Assembly: GCA_965113315.1 (NCBI GenBank) | Contig: OZ220364.1 | Origin: Podarcis vaucheri | Taxonomy: Eukaryota | Length of the DNA: 64,000 nt | Reading direction: 5' to 3' (one strand) | In this document: in pieces, positions 13,261 through 54,000 of the stretch | Layout: the number at the start of each line of letters is the position of its first letter | Numbering within the stretch: the first letter of the stretch is position 1 | The notes under the pieces: generated by a model | The model's database searches: none | What the model saw: only the letters and a program-made list of their open reading frames with translations | Told to the model about the DNA's origin: nothing | Program-made: the position numbers and the translations under genes

Positions 13261-15323
13261 TAGTTGTTGTTACATTGGTCACAGGACATATGCCAGAAAA
13301 CCTTTTTTTCCATATTTCCAGTCAAAATTACTGTAAGTTTGACACTTGCCCATTAAACATTCGCTCATTGTGTATATTGCTGCAAGTGGAATTTTAGTTT
13401 TGATTCATGTTTTAGTGAGAACAGTTGTCATGAAGTAACAGATCAATTCTTGATGTTGCAAAACTGTTACATGAATCACATTGATTATTTGTAGGGAAGA
13501 TCAAGCTGGTCAACAAATAAATGGTTTAATGTTAATTGGAGTTCAAATAATATGAGCTGAAACACAAATATTATGTAAAGAAGCTTACAAATGTTACATT
13601 TGTCACTATGGATTTACACACTGCAAACAGAAAAATGCCAAAACAAATCATACAATTCAACTGAAATAACTGCATAACTCTCTAGATGTATTGCCTTAGC
13701 AGCCCCGTGCTAAGGACAAATAAGGGGGGAAACCTACCCACAAGCTATTTCTGCATGTTTTAAACCCACTATTATTCACCAAGGGTAGGAATCCATAAAA
13801 ACAACATGAAGAACTGGTCCTTCTGCTTAGTTCTGTTGATTTGAAGGCACTGAATTTACAGTAGTTTCAATGTTGGGTGTGCCCTGATTTCCTAGCACGC
13901 ACCCAGCTACATTTCATCTTTTTTGAACTAGTCAATAAATTTTACATTGTGTGGCTATGCAGTTTTCAAGTGTGTAGCATACTGAGAGGGGAAACCTGTC
14001 AGGCAATGCTGGAAAAAAAATGGATATACTGTAACCTTGGTATAAAGAATAGGAATAAAATTGTATTTCTACTCACACTGTTAGAGGAAGGTTGTTGTTT
14101 TTAATGTAAGGTTGCAGTTTTAATATGACAAAAGCTGGGTGATTAATTTGCCAAGGAAAAAACAATTTCACTTGTCTTCAGAATAGAGAACAAAATGTCA
14201 CAGTTGTTGCCCTCCTGGTAGAACAAATTGTGAGATTAACATTCCAGTTTGCAAGAATGTCCCTAGTCCTGATTTTTTTACACAACAAATTGTTTAATTG
14301 TATCACTCACTTCAGAATACTCTTCTAAAAAGGAGCTAAATTTGCTTTTTAAGGTAAATTTTATTCCGCCTTTTAAAACAAATGCTGGGAAACAAGATTT
14401 GTACATCACAGCCAGTGTTGCAAATTGAGACATGAAAGCTAAGGAGCTAAATGGCACCTTAAACCTAGGTTATGGGCACAACGGAATGTCTAGGCACACT
14501 TCCAGTCCTTCCCCTAACCACCCCCCTAATACTCTTAAGACGGTCTTTTCTCCAGTCTTCAGAGAGTAGCTGGAACTGGGGAGACAGAAAAAGGTCCTCC
14601 TTTCCTTCACTCTGCAGTTTTAATTTGAAATCTAGTCACAGTATTGCGCCCTGAGCTCAGAAACTGCTCACACTAATGACATTCCCTCTCGCAGAATGCA
14701 CCTAGAAGTTTCAAATACTGATTACAGTATAATTTGCTAATCAAAGCCTGCTACTGATCTTTTAATCCCAACCCTTTCCAAACACCAAAGCTTTGCATAA
14801 TAAGATGTGGTTCTAGTATGTTTATTATCTCATTTACACAAAAGCATCTATAGCAAATAGCAACCTTTTAACTACTTGTATATTGGTAAAAACATAGCTT
14901 ACACTGATACAGGAGAAAAACAAATAAACAGGGAAAAAAAGATATATAAATATTGATCCAGAGGTATAAGTGGCTAACTTGTGAAATGGAAATACATATT
15001 TTATTTAAATACATATTTTATGTAACCAGCAAGTATATAAATGACTGTTTATATATAAAACAAAACACCTAGTCTCAGTAAGAGCTTGCTTTTTTCTTTT
15101 TCTTTTTTTGTAGACAGGGTTGGGGATGGGCAACTGGGAGATTGCCTGACAAGGTAGCAGGAAGGTCAAACTTGGGCCTTGGTAGCACTTTCAAATCCAT
15201 TTTTGCCTTGAGAGTTGCAAGAGATTCTCCCTTGAAAACTGATGTCTGTACCTTCCAAACTTTATGCATGTGTATGGAGTGGCTTCTGGGGGTCTTTTAC
15301 CCAGATAAGAAAGTTCCAGTATA

Positions 15324-15539
15324 CAGTGGTACCTCAGGTTAAGAACTTAATTCGTTCTGGAGGTCTGTTATTAACCTGAAACTATTCTTAACCTGTTCTT
15401 AACTTAGCTAATGGGGCCTCCCGCTGCCGCCGCCGAGCAATTCATGTTCTCATCCTGAAGCAAAGTTCTTAACCCGAGGTACTATTTCTGGGTTAGCAGA
15501 GTCTGTAACCTGAAGCATCTGTAATCTGAGGTGCCACTG
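15324..15539. mobile_element. Tc1/mariner-type MITE (family 1)
   Basis: ta|cagtggtacctcagg ... ctgaggtgccactg|ta; internal sequence homologous to the 3593 copy. Confidence 0.88.
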
Positions 15540-16451
15540 TAGTTCCTTAAGATTTTTTATAGCATAAATTCATATTTATTTTTTGAGAGGTTTTCAACCT
15601 TTTTGGGTCCACAGCTCCCTTGACCAACTACATTCTTTCTGCAGCACCCCTGTGGGGCTCAGGAGCCCAGTTAGGTCACCCCTTGCCTGCAGAGCTGGCA
15701 GCCTCTCACCCTTTTTTGAACACCCTCCCTTGTTGTGGAGTGTTCCCTCAGCCTCCTCTCTTCTCCCCTCTCCTTAGGAGTCCTCTGGGCAGCTGCAGCT
15801 TGCCACCCTTGGTCTCTGAGCTTCCCCCCTGCCCCAGGTGTACTATGTGCTGCTGCTTCTCATTAAAGCATGGCTTATTTTTAATGGCCATTTAATGTGA
15901 TTTGTGAACCAGGCCAATATATTTTCCACAATACACTGAAATATTGTGACTAAATCTTTACTTTTATTTCTCATAGATTACTGAAATATTGTTTCTACAT
16001 TTTGTAAGTAGCTTATCCTTCTCCCACCTTAAAGCTATCACAAACAGAATATCTTAACATTTTGTTTTTGTTTTGTTTTTTTAACAGATAAAGCACTATG
16101 TTTCATTCCAGTAAATAGTGTTTTGTTAGAAGCTGTTATGTTCCTTGGAGTGCTATGAGAGCTGCTGTAGACACCTCTGAAATATAGGGAAAGCAAACAG
16201 TTTCCGCTCAGCTTTTGTCAGTCTAGCAGTACTTTGTTTTAAACATGGGAGCCAATAAAGAGACATTGGTCCAGTTCATGCACAATGCTCAAACATGGAA
16301 CAGCATAAATGAGCAAATGTGGGTTCCCAAGGTGAAGTTTGCATCTGCTGTGCTCCTCATCTGCTGCTGCTGCAGCTGCAGAAAACAAATATTGCTTACA
16401 GCTTGAGATTTGTCTGGACAAGAAAACCACAGCCTAGATTCAGATGTATTA

Positions 16452-16700
16452 CAGCCGTACCTCTTGTTACGTCAGTCTCCGGTTGCGTTTTTTCAGGATA
16501 CGAATGCGGCAAACCCGGAAGTGTATACTTCCAGGTTTCGCCATGCGTGCATGCACAGAAGCGCTCTGTGCGTCTCACGCATATGCAGAAGCGCTCTATC
16601 GTGCTGTGCGTGTGCACAGAAGTGGCACTCTAGTTGCGGACTTTTTGGGGTGCGAACAGCACCCTAGAATGGATCGAGTCCATAACTAGAGGTACCACTG
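16452..16700. mobile_element. Tc1/mariner-type MITE (family 2)
   Basis: ta|cagccgtacctc ... gaggtaccactg|ta; internal gcatgcgcagaag-like repeats shared with the 35631 copy. Confidence 0.8.
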
Positions 16701-17579
16701 TACTGAGCCCAGCATCAGCAGGACTGGGGAAATAATGCAGCAGGTGTGATCTTCACTTTTGGCGCCCATTTGTGCACACTGAATCATGCTTATGTGTGAA
16801 CCAGGCCAGCGAGTCACCAAGTAATTGGAAACTATCAAACCTGAATTCTTCTTTTCCTGTTCTTAACAGTCAATGACATCTTGAATAAAATTTGTGGAAA
16901 GCATGTTGGCTGTTAAATGTGTTTTAGGATCCTTGCTAAGCACCACTTGCTTGCAATGGGTGTATCTGTATACGGTACACAAACACTTATGCAAATATCA
17001 GCTCAAGGACTAGATGGGAAATGCTGACTTCTCCCCCTAAATGGTAGTCGAATAATCATGTTGGCAATGATGAACATTAGTTTACTAGGAAAATGCTCAC
17101 CACAGCAAAAATAAAAAGCATTTGATCCACATTACAATCTCTTCCTCTTTAAAATAATATTTCATTTATCTTCAGTTTTATAGCCTGCTGTAAGAGCTTC
17201 CATTTTCAAAGAAGGATATGTACCTTGGAATGAAGGGGTTTATAATAGTTTGTTTCCTACTCACTAGCAAGCAAAGCATATTATCTGAGCATGTCAGTTC
17301 AGGAATATGTACTATATATTCAAGATTTGTTTAGAGAATATGTTTCAGGAAAAAACCTTCAGTTTGAACTGTTTAAAAGGATCTGATTCATACTCTAGAA
17401 ACTGTGTCTTTCATATATATGTTTGGGATAAATAGAAATAATTGGGGGGGGGGAGCTAAACTCACATAGTCAAATACACAGCTAGGAGATGTACTGGCAA
17501 TACCAAGAAGTGCCTCTGAAAGATGAGCTGCCAGTGAGAAAGGCCTTTTCCTGGCTTTGTTTCTGGCCCTCCCCATCAC

Positions 17580-17670
17580 CAGTGCTGTTCTTCTAGAAAG
17601 AAAAGGTGCCAGTACTCACCATGAAATTGTGCCATACTTTTACCCTTGAGCACCCCCAGAAAAAGCACTG
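17580..17670. mobile_element. Short hAT-type MITE
   Basis: TIRs cagtgct / agcactg; perfect 8-bp TSD cccatcac. Confidence 0.8.
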
Positions 17671-17730
17671 CCCATCACTGATACTGTCTTAATTCATGAC
17701 AGCAAGGGATAATAGACCTCTGGCAAAGGT

Positions 17731-17872
17731 AAGAATCATAGAGCTGGAAGGGACCCTGAGGATCATCTAGTCCAAACCCCCTGTAACGCAGGAATATGCA
17801 GCTGCCCCATACAGGGATCAAACCTGCAGCCTTGGCGTTATCAGCACCACACTCCAACCAACTGAGCTATCC
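17731..17872 (-). mobile_element. tRNA(Ile)-derived SINE with a CR1-like 3' end (POM/Squam2-type)
   Basis: Minus strand reads ggatagctcagttggttggagtgtggtgctgataacgccaagg...; tail ggactagatgatcctcagggtcccttccagctctatgattct. Confidence 0.8.
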
Positions 17873-20553
17873 AGGGTTATGTTATTACTGCAAAATGCAT
17901 GTTCTTCTCACTTCCATTTTGCTTTGAAATCTACTCCATTCATAACATAGTCTGGAGTGAAACAAAAAGAAAGGGGTACTTTCTGCAAAGTGGAACTGGA
18001 AGAATCTGGAAGGTGGCATACCTGTGCCAATGACTGGAATGACCAATGGATGGGATGGTGGTGGTCTGAATAATAAAGACTGGAAGAATAACCCAAGAAA
18101 ATCTTTAATAAAAACATTTTTTAAAAAAAATGAAAAAAGATTGGAAGAATCCTTCATTCACACCAGCCATTGTGTGAGGTGGCAAATGGTGGCAAGGAAT
18201 TTGTGGCATCATTGTGTATCTTATGGTTGGCTTTGCTTATAGTAATCAGGGTGTATTCCTCAGTTTAGGTTATAACATATTAAGTGTTGCTTATTTGAAA
18301 TTATACACCAGTTATTTATGGTTATGTTAAAATACAACATTAAAATACGACATTTTTAATGATAGCAAATGAAACCCTTCTTTGGTCTAACAAAACAGTA
18401 TGCAAGAGTGTGCTGTGCATTTTTTAAAAATGGTTTTAAGCCAATTTAAGACAGAAGGGACACTTTGCAACAATTCGTGTTGTAGTATATTTTCTGGAGA
18501 TCAATTACTGATACAGTGGAAAGAGCGCCACCTACTGATTTGCCAGGATGAGCCACTGACAAGTGAGTTTTTTGCAGATCTCATGTGGAAATCTACCTGT
18601 GAAACAGAATTGCTCTGTGATTAAGATTGACCTCAGTGTAAGGAAGTAGGAAAGGTTATGTTTGTGTGGTTGCTAATGCAGGACAGGTGAAGAGTGTTAC
18701 TAAAAGTAATGGATAAATTAAATATATATATAGATATACTGTATAGATATAATGGGGATTACGATTGTGAATTCGTTTTTGTCTTTTAATTGAGGAAACC
18801 AAGATGTGTGTTTGCCTTACAATCTCATGCCAAAATACACATCAGATCTGAAAATATTTTTATAATAACACGCATGTAATTGAGAGAACAAGCGGACAGT
18901 AGGAAATGGGGTACAAATAATTCCGAATGATTTAAGCAAGCAAATTGGGGAAAGAAGAAAGACAGGATAGAACCTGATCTGATTTGTGGGTTGGAGTAGT
19001 TTTTGGGTTTTTTTAAAGACTGAAACTACTAGGTGGCAGGGGAAAGTACTAAAGCCAGATGCTTTTGTACTTCGTGCATATTTCACAAGTGAAATACTGG
19101 ACTTCTTAATTATGCAGGCAAATAGATCACAGAAGTTTATCTGTGTGAAAGGTTTCCCATGCACATGAATGATGATTCAATCAAGCTTCACATATTTTGA
19201 GGTTTAGATCATAGTTTCTGGCTGTAATGCTTGTAGCTTGTACTGAGAATGTGCAGACTGAATGTCTTGTGATATGTTAGAAAATGTAAGGATGACCTCA
19301 TGTCTATTTGTAAACATCAAACAGACTTCTTTTTAGTTTATCTTTCATTACAGATTTTGTTTTTCTTTTATAGTAATATTGGACCACAGGCTTTCTAAAG
19401 CAGAGTTTTCTCTTAGGTCTGAAATATTTGTCATCTAGTGTTGCTTTAAAAGATGTATAGCTAATATATCAAATTGGAAGCATTTTAACTTCAATGTTTA
19501 TATTTAAGTATGTATGATTTGCTTATAATTTTATACTGTATTTTTTATTTATTCTATGATATGCTTTTATGTAAGCCACCTTGATTTCAATTTGGGGGTT
19601 GGGTGAGATATTAGTATTTTGAATGAGAAGACTTATAACATTAAAATCTTGATACCAAGCCGTCTAGACAAAGTGGGGGTAGTGATTTATTTAAAGTAAG
19701 ATGAAGCAAACAAATGAACAACATTTGTGCTCTCATTTAGTCCAGAGAAGAATGAAACATTCTACTGATGACTTGTTTTTGGTGCTTGTGTCAGCCTTAA
19801 ACACAGTGACAGAACTGCAGGGAGCCAAACACATGTTTGCTTTCTGATAATAAATTTGTCATTAGCTAAATACTGGTGGGGCTTAAGTGTCTTATCAAGA
19901 TGGACAGTGATCTAGAGCAATAAGTTTCCAACAGCATGATAAGAAAAATGAAGAGATTTATGTATGATGTGTCAGTTAGAAAGGTTAATTATGGCCACTA
20001 GCCAAAGATATGTGGTTTGGTTCCAAAAAGTGTGCACTGTGAGCAGAAAAGCACTTCTGCTCATCCAAGGAAGGGGTCCCTGCAGTTTTCAAATCTTCCA
20101 GCCATCTGCAGCCTCTCTTATGCCATATCTCACAACGTTTCCCAGGGTCCTCAGACCTTATAGATCTGGTTTTTGGGGTACAGAAAGTGTGAAAACCTCT
20201 ATTCCATGAGAAGAGCAAGACACTTAGTTCTTAGGATATGAGCCAACACGCACACAATAACATGATGCATTTTGGTTTTTGGTTTTTAAAAAGCTATATG
20301 CGAACTAGAATGTCTGGATTCAGATTTCCTCTGAATTGGATTTATTATAATTTTCCTGGAAAGAAAAAAATTTCCTATAAATTTAGTCAACTCAGGAGAT
20401 GGGTCTTAGAACACACCAGGAGTTGATTTCAAGCATGGTTTACTGAGTCCTTTCTTCGTCTTATTTTCTCCACACAGCCCAATTTTTAACTCTAGCCTTA
20501 ACTTTTTTGTCTGTTTTCTCCCCCTGTGTAGGTTTACAATTGTGCTATGAGAA

Positions 20554-46275
<25,722 letters not shown>

Positions 46276-46621
46276 TTTGTCAGCACAGAGGAACTTTCAG
46301 GTACTGCTGTAATGGAAGTTTTCGAGCACTCCATGTGAAATGTGATCAAAGGATACCGTCGTCTCTTTCCTTTCATTCCGAACAACACTCAATAGCGACT
46401 AATTGTGCTCATTCTTTGGCAACTGGCGGTAGCTTCATTGTGCATGGTTGAGTTTAAGTATCCTTGTGAATCATATGTAAATGACTTCCTCTGCAGTAGG
46501 GAAAATGTAAATTGTGTATGTGGTTACTTGAATGTAGTTATCCGTTTGGGGGGGAAATTATGTATATGCTGTATATTTTGCTCAAGAGGTGAAAGAGGTT
46601 ATCAAAGGGTACTACCCTTCA

Positions 46622-46627
46622 AATAAA
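46622..46627 (+). terminator. Probable PRKCD polyadenylation signal AATAAA
   Basis: First AATAAA noticed after the stop, about 350 nt downstream, preceded by UGUA-rich 3' UTR-like sequence. Confidence 0.6.
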
Positions 46628-49600
46628 GTGAAATGGCTAGGCAGTTTTTAACGTCCATCAAACTAAATAATTTGAGTTGATTCTGAGCTTCAAATATTGC
46701 TATTTTTAATTTTAAAAAAGTGGCATCAATTGATTATGGTGCTTCTCAGGCCCTCAATCCAGCAAGTTTACAGCCTTTTAAGTTGTTCTTGCTTTGCTGT
46801 TCATGGATGAAGCCCCATCTAAAAGACAGTGAAAGTAGTGATTTTTTAATTTAAAAACATGTGGGCCTTTCCTTATTAGACTACAGCTACCACAGGCCCC
46901 CTATCTGCAACCCAGTGAGTGAGGAAGTGAGGTGCTAGAGAACAAAGCTGTGTGTATGTGTGCCATTTAGTCCCCCGCCCCCTTTGAGGATGCTGTCCTG
47001 TCCTCAGTGTTGGAAGACAAATAGAACTCTCAACTTAGTTGTGTAAGTGGGGGAGGAGGTGCCATCTTGTCATTTATTTTTCCAGATATCAATCTGTATT
47101 GGGCACACCGTGAGGTAGAATGCAGTTGGGCATGCATGAGACCGGGCAACACACCTTTAATGAAGGACGGTGGGCAGGTCTCATTTCAAAGAACCTGCCG
47201 TTAAAGACCTGTGTGGTTTGGGTCTAACTTTGGTCTCGTTGCCAGCCAATATAGGTCTAGTCAAGCCTCAGCACGCTTGAGAAGTTGAAGGCTAGTTCCT
47301 GTAGGAGTATTTAAATACACAGTATGTGATAACTAATCATTGCTACCTTGTATCTTGATCCAGATAACAGATTTTTAGGCTAAGCAGAAACACCCTACAA
47401 CATGTACAGCATGTTGAAACTGTGGGGTGGGTGGGATGTGGGGTAACAGGGAAGGAATGCTGTCCAACCGATGTATTGATTATGGATTGTTGAAAAACTT
47501 AGAAGGCTAAATAAAAATACATCTATTATCTGAAACGCTGCCCTTCCTATTTTACCCTCTGAAAGCGAATGACCTGGACACTAACCCACAAAGCAGGCTC
47601 TTTTAAGCACAAGCCACCACTGACTTTGAGGATATTCTTGCTAACCTGCAGGGGCCCTAGCTACCAAGTATTCCTACTTCCCCCACTCCACTACCATAAA
47701 TATTGCCTTCCCTGCAATGGCTTCCCCTGAGGCCTAAAATGGATGTCCCTTGGAATTAATTCCCAGGGTGTTGATGCCAGAGCAACACTCCCTTTCTATC
47801 TCTAATGCCAAGAGTGTTCTGCCATTGGTTCAGCCCTAGGCTTCGGAGGCACCAACATTAGAGCTCTGGTATCCATTAGAATGGCTATGGTCCCCTGGGA
47901 TGCTCTCTCAGGAACACATGACAGCATTTTTAAACATTCATGATTCTTTTTAAGATACACAGAAACTTTCACTTTAATATTTTTGCTTCTTGAAAGCTGG
48001 GTTATGCTTCAAGGCAGAAGCACACCACTTGCAACTTGAAATATCCCTACTGTGGAAACTCTTTGTTTTGATAGCTACAAATCTAGCCTTACTCTTGTTG
48101 AAAGTCACATGATTTGTTAAGTCCAGCTTGCTGCAAGACGTATCTTTCCCATGTGCCAGGTTTCATAGGTTACTAAAAATATTTATTCTCTAGGCATCAA
48201 CAGCAGACACTTTGGCTAAAGAGTCAGGCAGTACAATACTTCCTAGGAGTTTGTTTTTATAGGCAAAAGCACAAGTTTCCACAGCTACAAATACCACTAT
48301 GCATTTGTAAACTACTTTTTTAACACTGAGGTAATACTAAATTAAATATAGGTCTGTCATGGTAGTCTACACAAGATTTGCCAGCTGGACTCTGGGTGTA
48401 TTATCCAGATATTTCATGAAATTAGGAAGTTTAAAAATGACTCTGGGCTCAAGACTGGCCTGATATAAACTGAATTCTCCTCATGCAACTTCCTTCGTAA
48501 CAGCAATTTCTAAATCCTCCATAAATTCAGAATGTACCTCTGGACATATTAGGCCACTTCCTAGAGCTACAAGTAAAAGTAAAACTAAGGTATTTCCTAT
48601 GGAATGTTAGCTTCATTATTTATTCCATAATTGATTTCCCTCCATCTGATTAGCACTGACTAACATTACAGAAGCATTACAGAAAATTGCCAACTGCCTT
48701 CTGTAACATTTAAACTATTTCTTTATTTATACTGCCATCAGGAATCAGGAATCCTTTTCAGCTCAATGCCCACGCTTCTTGGGGGTGCATGCGAGTGTTT
48801 AGAAGGGGCAGAGAGGCAGCTCAATTTAACTTTTGTAAATCAGGCTAGTTTCTACATACAGACACACACACACTTTCTATTCTTCATGCAGGCAAGCAAG
48901 AGGCATTAGGCTACAATAACACGGTCTAATCAGACAAAAACACAGGATGTGAAAGAAGGGCCAAGAGGAGGTTTGGACTAGAAAGTCCAGGGATAGTTTT
49001 GCCTCCCACCCAGGCCTAACTTTCCCTATTCCTGCACTACTTTGTCAGCTTATTTCCAAACATCATAGGATGGTAAAGGAAAGTAAAAATTCCTTGATCA
49101 GCTGAGAAAAGAAATACAACAATACTATGAATTACAAGACAGCAGCTGATGATGTCTACAAAACTACCTAGTTAAACAAGACAACTTCATAACCCATGGT
49201 TTGGAATTGGTTTGTTTGACACATCAACATTATTTGAAACTGAAATCTAGCCACACAGGAGAATGGGAAGTGGGAACATGAGGGCCTACCCTTTGTTGGG
49301 TCTTGGGCACATACTGTTAATTCAGCTACTGACATACCTTAATTACATTAAATTATATTACTTAGAATTCTTAAAATGAATTTGTGCCATGTTACCAAAG
49401 CATGGCTTGTACTTACCAACTCAGTGTCCTCACCCATTACACATCATCAACATCAGGCACACAAACAAACATTCAAGAATTTGTAGTTTTAGATGCCTGG
49501 TAACTTTCAGGGAAAATAGAACACTTCTAGACAGATCCTTCCTAGCCACAAGTCTGTGGTTAATGCGGACTACACAAGATAGAGAGCAGGGCAGAATTGA

Positions 49601-51009
49601 TCCCAGAATCATCCCATTGGTCCTAGGAGGAAAAGTACTGACTAGCAGGAAGGGTCATTTTCTATCTGTTGTTTTGTTAAGAACAAAACAACCCTTCAAA
49701 AATAAGTTTGGAATAGGGTGAAAAAAGGATCCATCACACCATTTTCCATGTTTTTAGATTTTGTCAACAACAAAGACTCAGACTAAGATAAAATAGGAGA
49801 GGTCTAAATACTGAGCAGGGTGGAGTTCAGTCTGCTTTAAGCATTTAAAGCCTCCAACTTGTGAGGCACAATTAACAGATTACTCCCTAACCGCAATTAT
49901 CTCCATCCTAAACAAAAATGAAAGGAACCTATCATCTCAGCATCTTATGAACCATGACTTTGTGGAACCAGCTGGTTAAAATCTGTTAAGTAGTTATTCT
50001 CTAGGGAGTGAAATCTCTCAACAATTCAGTTTAAAAGGAATGATGCAAACACAGAGGAAGACGGAAAAGATGGAAAAGAAGGGATGGCCGAGGAAAGAGG
50101 GATGGCAGCTGGAAAAGTGATGAGAGTTATAGAAGATTTGCTACATAGAGGGGACTGTACTGCTGCTGTCGGCTCTAATTATTAGCGGGCTCTACCCTAG
50201 TCACAGGCATTTTTTAGAAGGCATACATTAAGACAATGTATTCTGGCCAAAGACTGGTACAATGAATTAAGAAAAGAGAGGGATGTGTGTTCATAGAATT
50301 ATCATACAGCAGTCATGAAGACAACAGAGTTAGTGGTTGTCCTAATGCTTTCCTTTTCTCCCAGCGGCTACGAGCCATGTGGGTTCTTTGCCCTATAAAA
50401 TGGACATGTCAGGATACAGTGCTACACTTGCATCACTACATTAAATAAATCGCACTCTTTGATGTAAAAAAAATGTAGAAAGATAGCTGAAAATTGTAGA
50501 AAGATAAGGTTCTGATTCTCTTTGATCTAAATTAATCCAGCATTTTCAGGAAACAACCTGGAACAATGACAGTGCTATTTAAACACTGGCAATGGCAGCC
50601 TAAAAGAAGAGTCGTTTTAAGAGTAATGGCAGGGGGTAAATAAATTATGGTTGAAGGAGGAGTAGGTGTTTAAAAGAAGCAGTCCCCTGCTAGTCTCAAA
50701 GTGCCAGCAACACTTTAAAAAACATATGTAAATACAGCAGTGCTGCTTAAAACCAAACATTGACAGTTCATCTAGTGACAGTTCATCTAGCACTAACTCC
50801 AGCAAACCTCACAGTTCCTGGCCTGTTGTTATAGAATATAAAAACCTGGAAATGACTCAGTATTCATCAATAGCATTTGAAATATATGCTTGACCCAATT
50901 TGACAGATTTCAGTTTGAACATCATTGCACTTGAGCTGGACATGTTTGCACATACCTGAAGTGTCAAAAAAAAAAAAAAAATCCAGGAGAGAGAAAAGTC
51001 AATTAGCAT

Positions 51010-54000
51010 CCCTCACAATTTAAAACAATGTTTATTAGCTTGGAATAAATCTCATGTAAGATTAAATTGAAGGCCAAATATATCCTTAGAACTAGGTGAG
51101 TTAACAGTCACATCCTAATTAGTCTCATTCAAAATCATTTGGGTCTACGATACATGTTATGACAAAAGGAAATAATTTTCATAACCTTTTCCATTTCTAG
51201 TACCTACTGAGAGGCATTTCACATAAGCAAAGCCACCGGCTTTCATTCAAGTGTACATTTAAAAGGAAATGGCTAGTAATGGCAACTCTCTGATAAATGT
51301 ACCTGCCAGATCCATATTTTTAGAAACGCTCTTCATTCACACTTTCAAAAGTAGAGAATGAAGCAGTCCTGTGGATCAACAAATACAAAAGGTCTTCTGG
51401 ATTAGTTGATCACTAGAAACCCAGATGAAGCTGGTGGCACACCAACCATCTAACATATCATTTTTAAACTCATTTACTTTGAAGCAAGCAAACTCATTTC
51501 AAAGGGGCTCATTTCCAAATTGCGGAATTGGGATCACATCTTCAGTTAAATTAGAATCCAGAGCTTCCTAGTATTTTCATTTTCAAGTATCAACATACAT
51601 TTATAATTTATTCTTACACACAACAATTTTTTCAGTTATACAATCTTGTAAATAGAAACTACTGTTATCACAGTATATTTAGATGTAGCCTATAAAAATA
51701 TCTACTATACATAAAATATTTAGCCACAGTTTTACAGCACATTGAGAAATATGAAGGTGGGGGGAGGAGAGAAAGCAAATACTTCTGGTTAAGAAAAGGT
51801 TAGAAGAAAATGCTACACCTGCCAATGAAGGCTAGCTTGCAGGCTTAGCTAACTCAAAGGAGAGTATTTTCTTATAAGAACCACATTTACCACTTAAAAT
51901 CCAAAGTTATACCTGCACAATTTTCTGCTCATGAATCCTCAACTTTTCACTCAAGCCCACTAAGTAGCCAATAATAAGAATAATTACTTGTGGCTCACAT
52001 CTAGAGAAGTTAGGGCTAGGCTGTTGACACGATTCATCTGTGATTTAAGCCATTACCCAAAATCCCCTTCTCCAGCTGACACTGTACTGTGGGCCAACAG
52101 CAGAACGCTCCCTTTTCATCTACTCCAGTAAGTAGTGATCTACCTGAATAAATACATTATGATGTCAAGGCATATTCTCTTAAAGGATGGAGTACAGCTA
52201 AAGCGCTTTTGAAGTGTTTGATAGTTTCACATAGTCCTTTTTATGTTTCTGAAATAAGGTTGGCTTTATGGCTTATCTCCAGAACGCTGAATATATTGCT
52301 AAGCTACCTTATTAAAGAAATGAAGAACACGGCAGTATGTTACATTACAGCACCCAGCCACATAAACGAGTCCCCACTCGGCAAAGCTTACATAGTCCAT
52401 TGCAGAGAACTCTTAGCATTAACAGCATGGCAAGGTTCGATGAGGTACCAGCACAGACAGCAAGGCAAAAAAGCATTCAAACCACACGGAACAAAGCTTT
52501 CTTCGGTTCAAGAACAAACAGGCACCTAATCTGCTGCTTGCTGATTTGTATCACATGGACAGATTATTTACACTATACGTTGGCTTAGTACAACAAACAC
52601 AACTGGCCTAACATGCATGAAGTTTTATCACGAACAGGAATTTCTTTCACACGCCTCCCATTCATTGCAACAGGATATATCTGGAGCTTATCCCTGTTGG
52701 GTTGTGACCCTAAAGCAGGACTGATCCAATTTCACAAGTTCACTTACAGCATAGTATCCCTCTTTGCATATAAAGACTTGAAAATCCTAGAGGGCCCCGT
52801 TCTTCACTATGCTCTTGAGCTCCACTCAAGGAATGCACTGAGGCAAATATGTGGCTGCTTAAGGTTCACGGAAAGAAAGAATCCCGAGTCCTCGTTTTTG
52901 GGGGGGACGGAAGATTGTTTCCATTTATGAACGTGCAAATCCTGTTCTCATCAATAAAGTAGAAGATATGCAATAAAGGATCGCTTTCATCTTTCCCATC
53001 CAATGCATTTTAACTTAAATATCACCAATACATAAGAAAAATAAAAACCCAAAACAGCTAATACTTCATCTGTGACTTTGGTTCAAGAAGATGGGTAAGA
53101 ACAAGCTTGCATTAATGCCAATAACTCAGGAGCGCTTCATAATAATTTGGTCTCTCTAGTAATTTGTATTACACCTTCCCTGCACTGTTATTGCCATTCA
53201 CCTCTGGTAACCACCATGCACATTGTTTTATTGTATTACAATCTGCTCCATTTGGAGCAATATTTACATGAGTGTCAATTAAAAACCCTCCCTTTTCATG
53301 GGCTTCTCTGCTTGGGGTTTGGAGTTTGAGGGGGTGTAAAAAAGGGGGGGACCAGGTAAAAACCGTTAAGTAAAATATGCGGTTTTCAATAAACAGACAA
53401 AATAGGTTTGCCGTATGCATGATGTGGAAAGGAAACTATTCACACACTATTCAAATAATAATAATAACCCAGGAGTTCTGGAACATTTCAACAAGATAGA
53501 TGGAATGCATCTGGGAAAATATTACCTATTCTGGCTTTCCATTAAATGATGTGAAGCATCAAGTGGAGCCTTTAGTAAAATTACATAGAAATTAGTGCAG
53601 CTGCCAAAAAAAAAGAAAGAAAATCAAATGTTTAACTGCAAAGCAATGACTTGAAGTGGACAACACTGCTTGTTGCTAAAATTGATATATTAACTGGATT
53701 AATATATCTCACAAGGAGACTGGTGGTACCTTTTGTAGTATACTAAAATAAATAGTTGGAAGAATCCTCAGTTGAAGAAACACCTGTTCTATGTCCGGTA
53801 AAGATTTTATATATAATATAGGAATAAAACAGGAAATCACAGCAAGAAAGGCTTAGGAAAGTATTGCAGAAGAAAGCTAAGATACAGCATTAAGAGAGAC
53901 ACCAGCATTTCATACTTTTAACACCCACAGTCGAAGAACAACAGGATAAAGACAACATATATTAATTTAAAAGCAGTTTCATTCTCTGTTCCACAAATAC

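Noticed and set aside
17731-17872. tRNA-Ile-like sequence on the minus strand
   Set aside because: The acceptor stem and B box are degenerate and it runs into a CR1-derived tail, so it is a SINE head rather than a tRNA gene. The same applies to the tRNA-like heads at 25925 and 60087.
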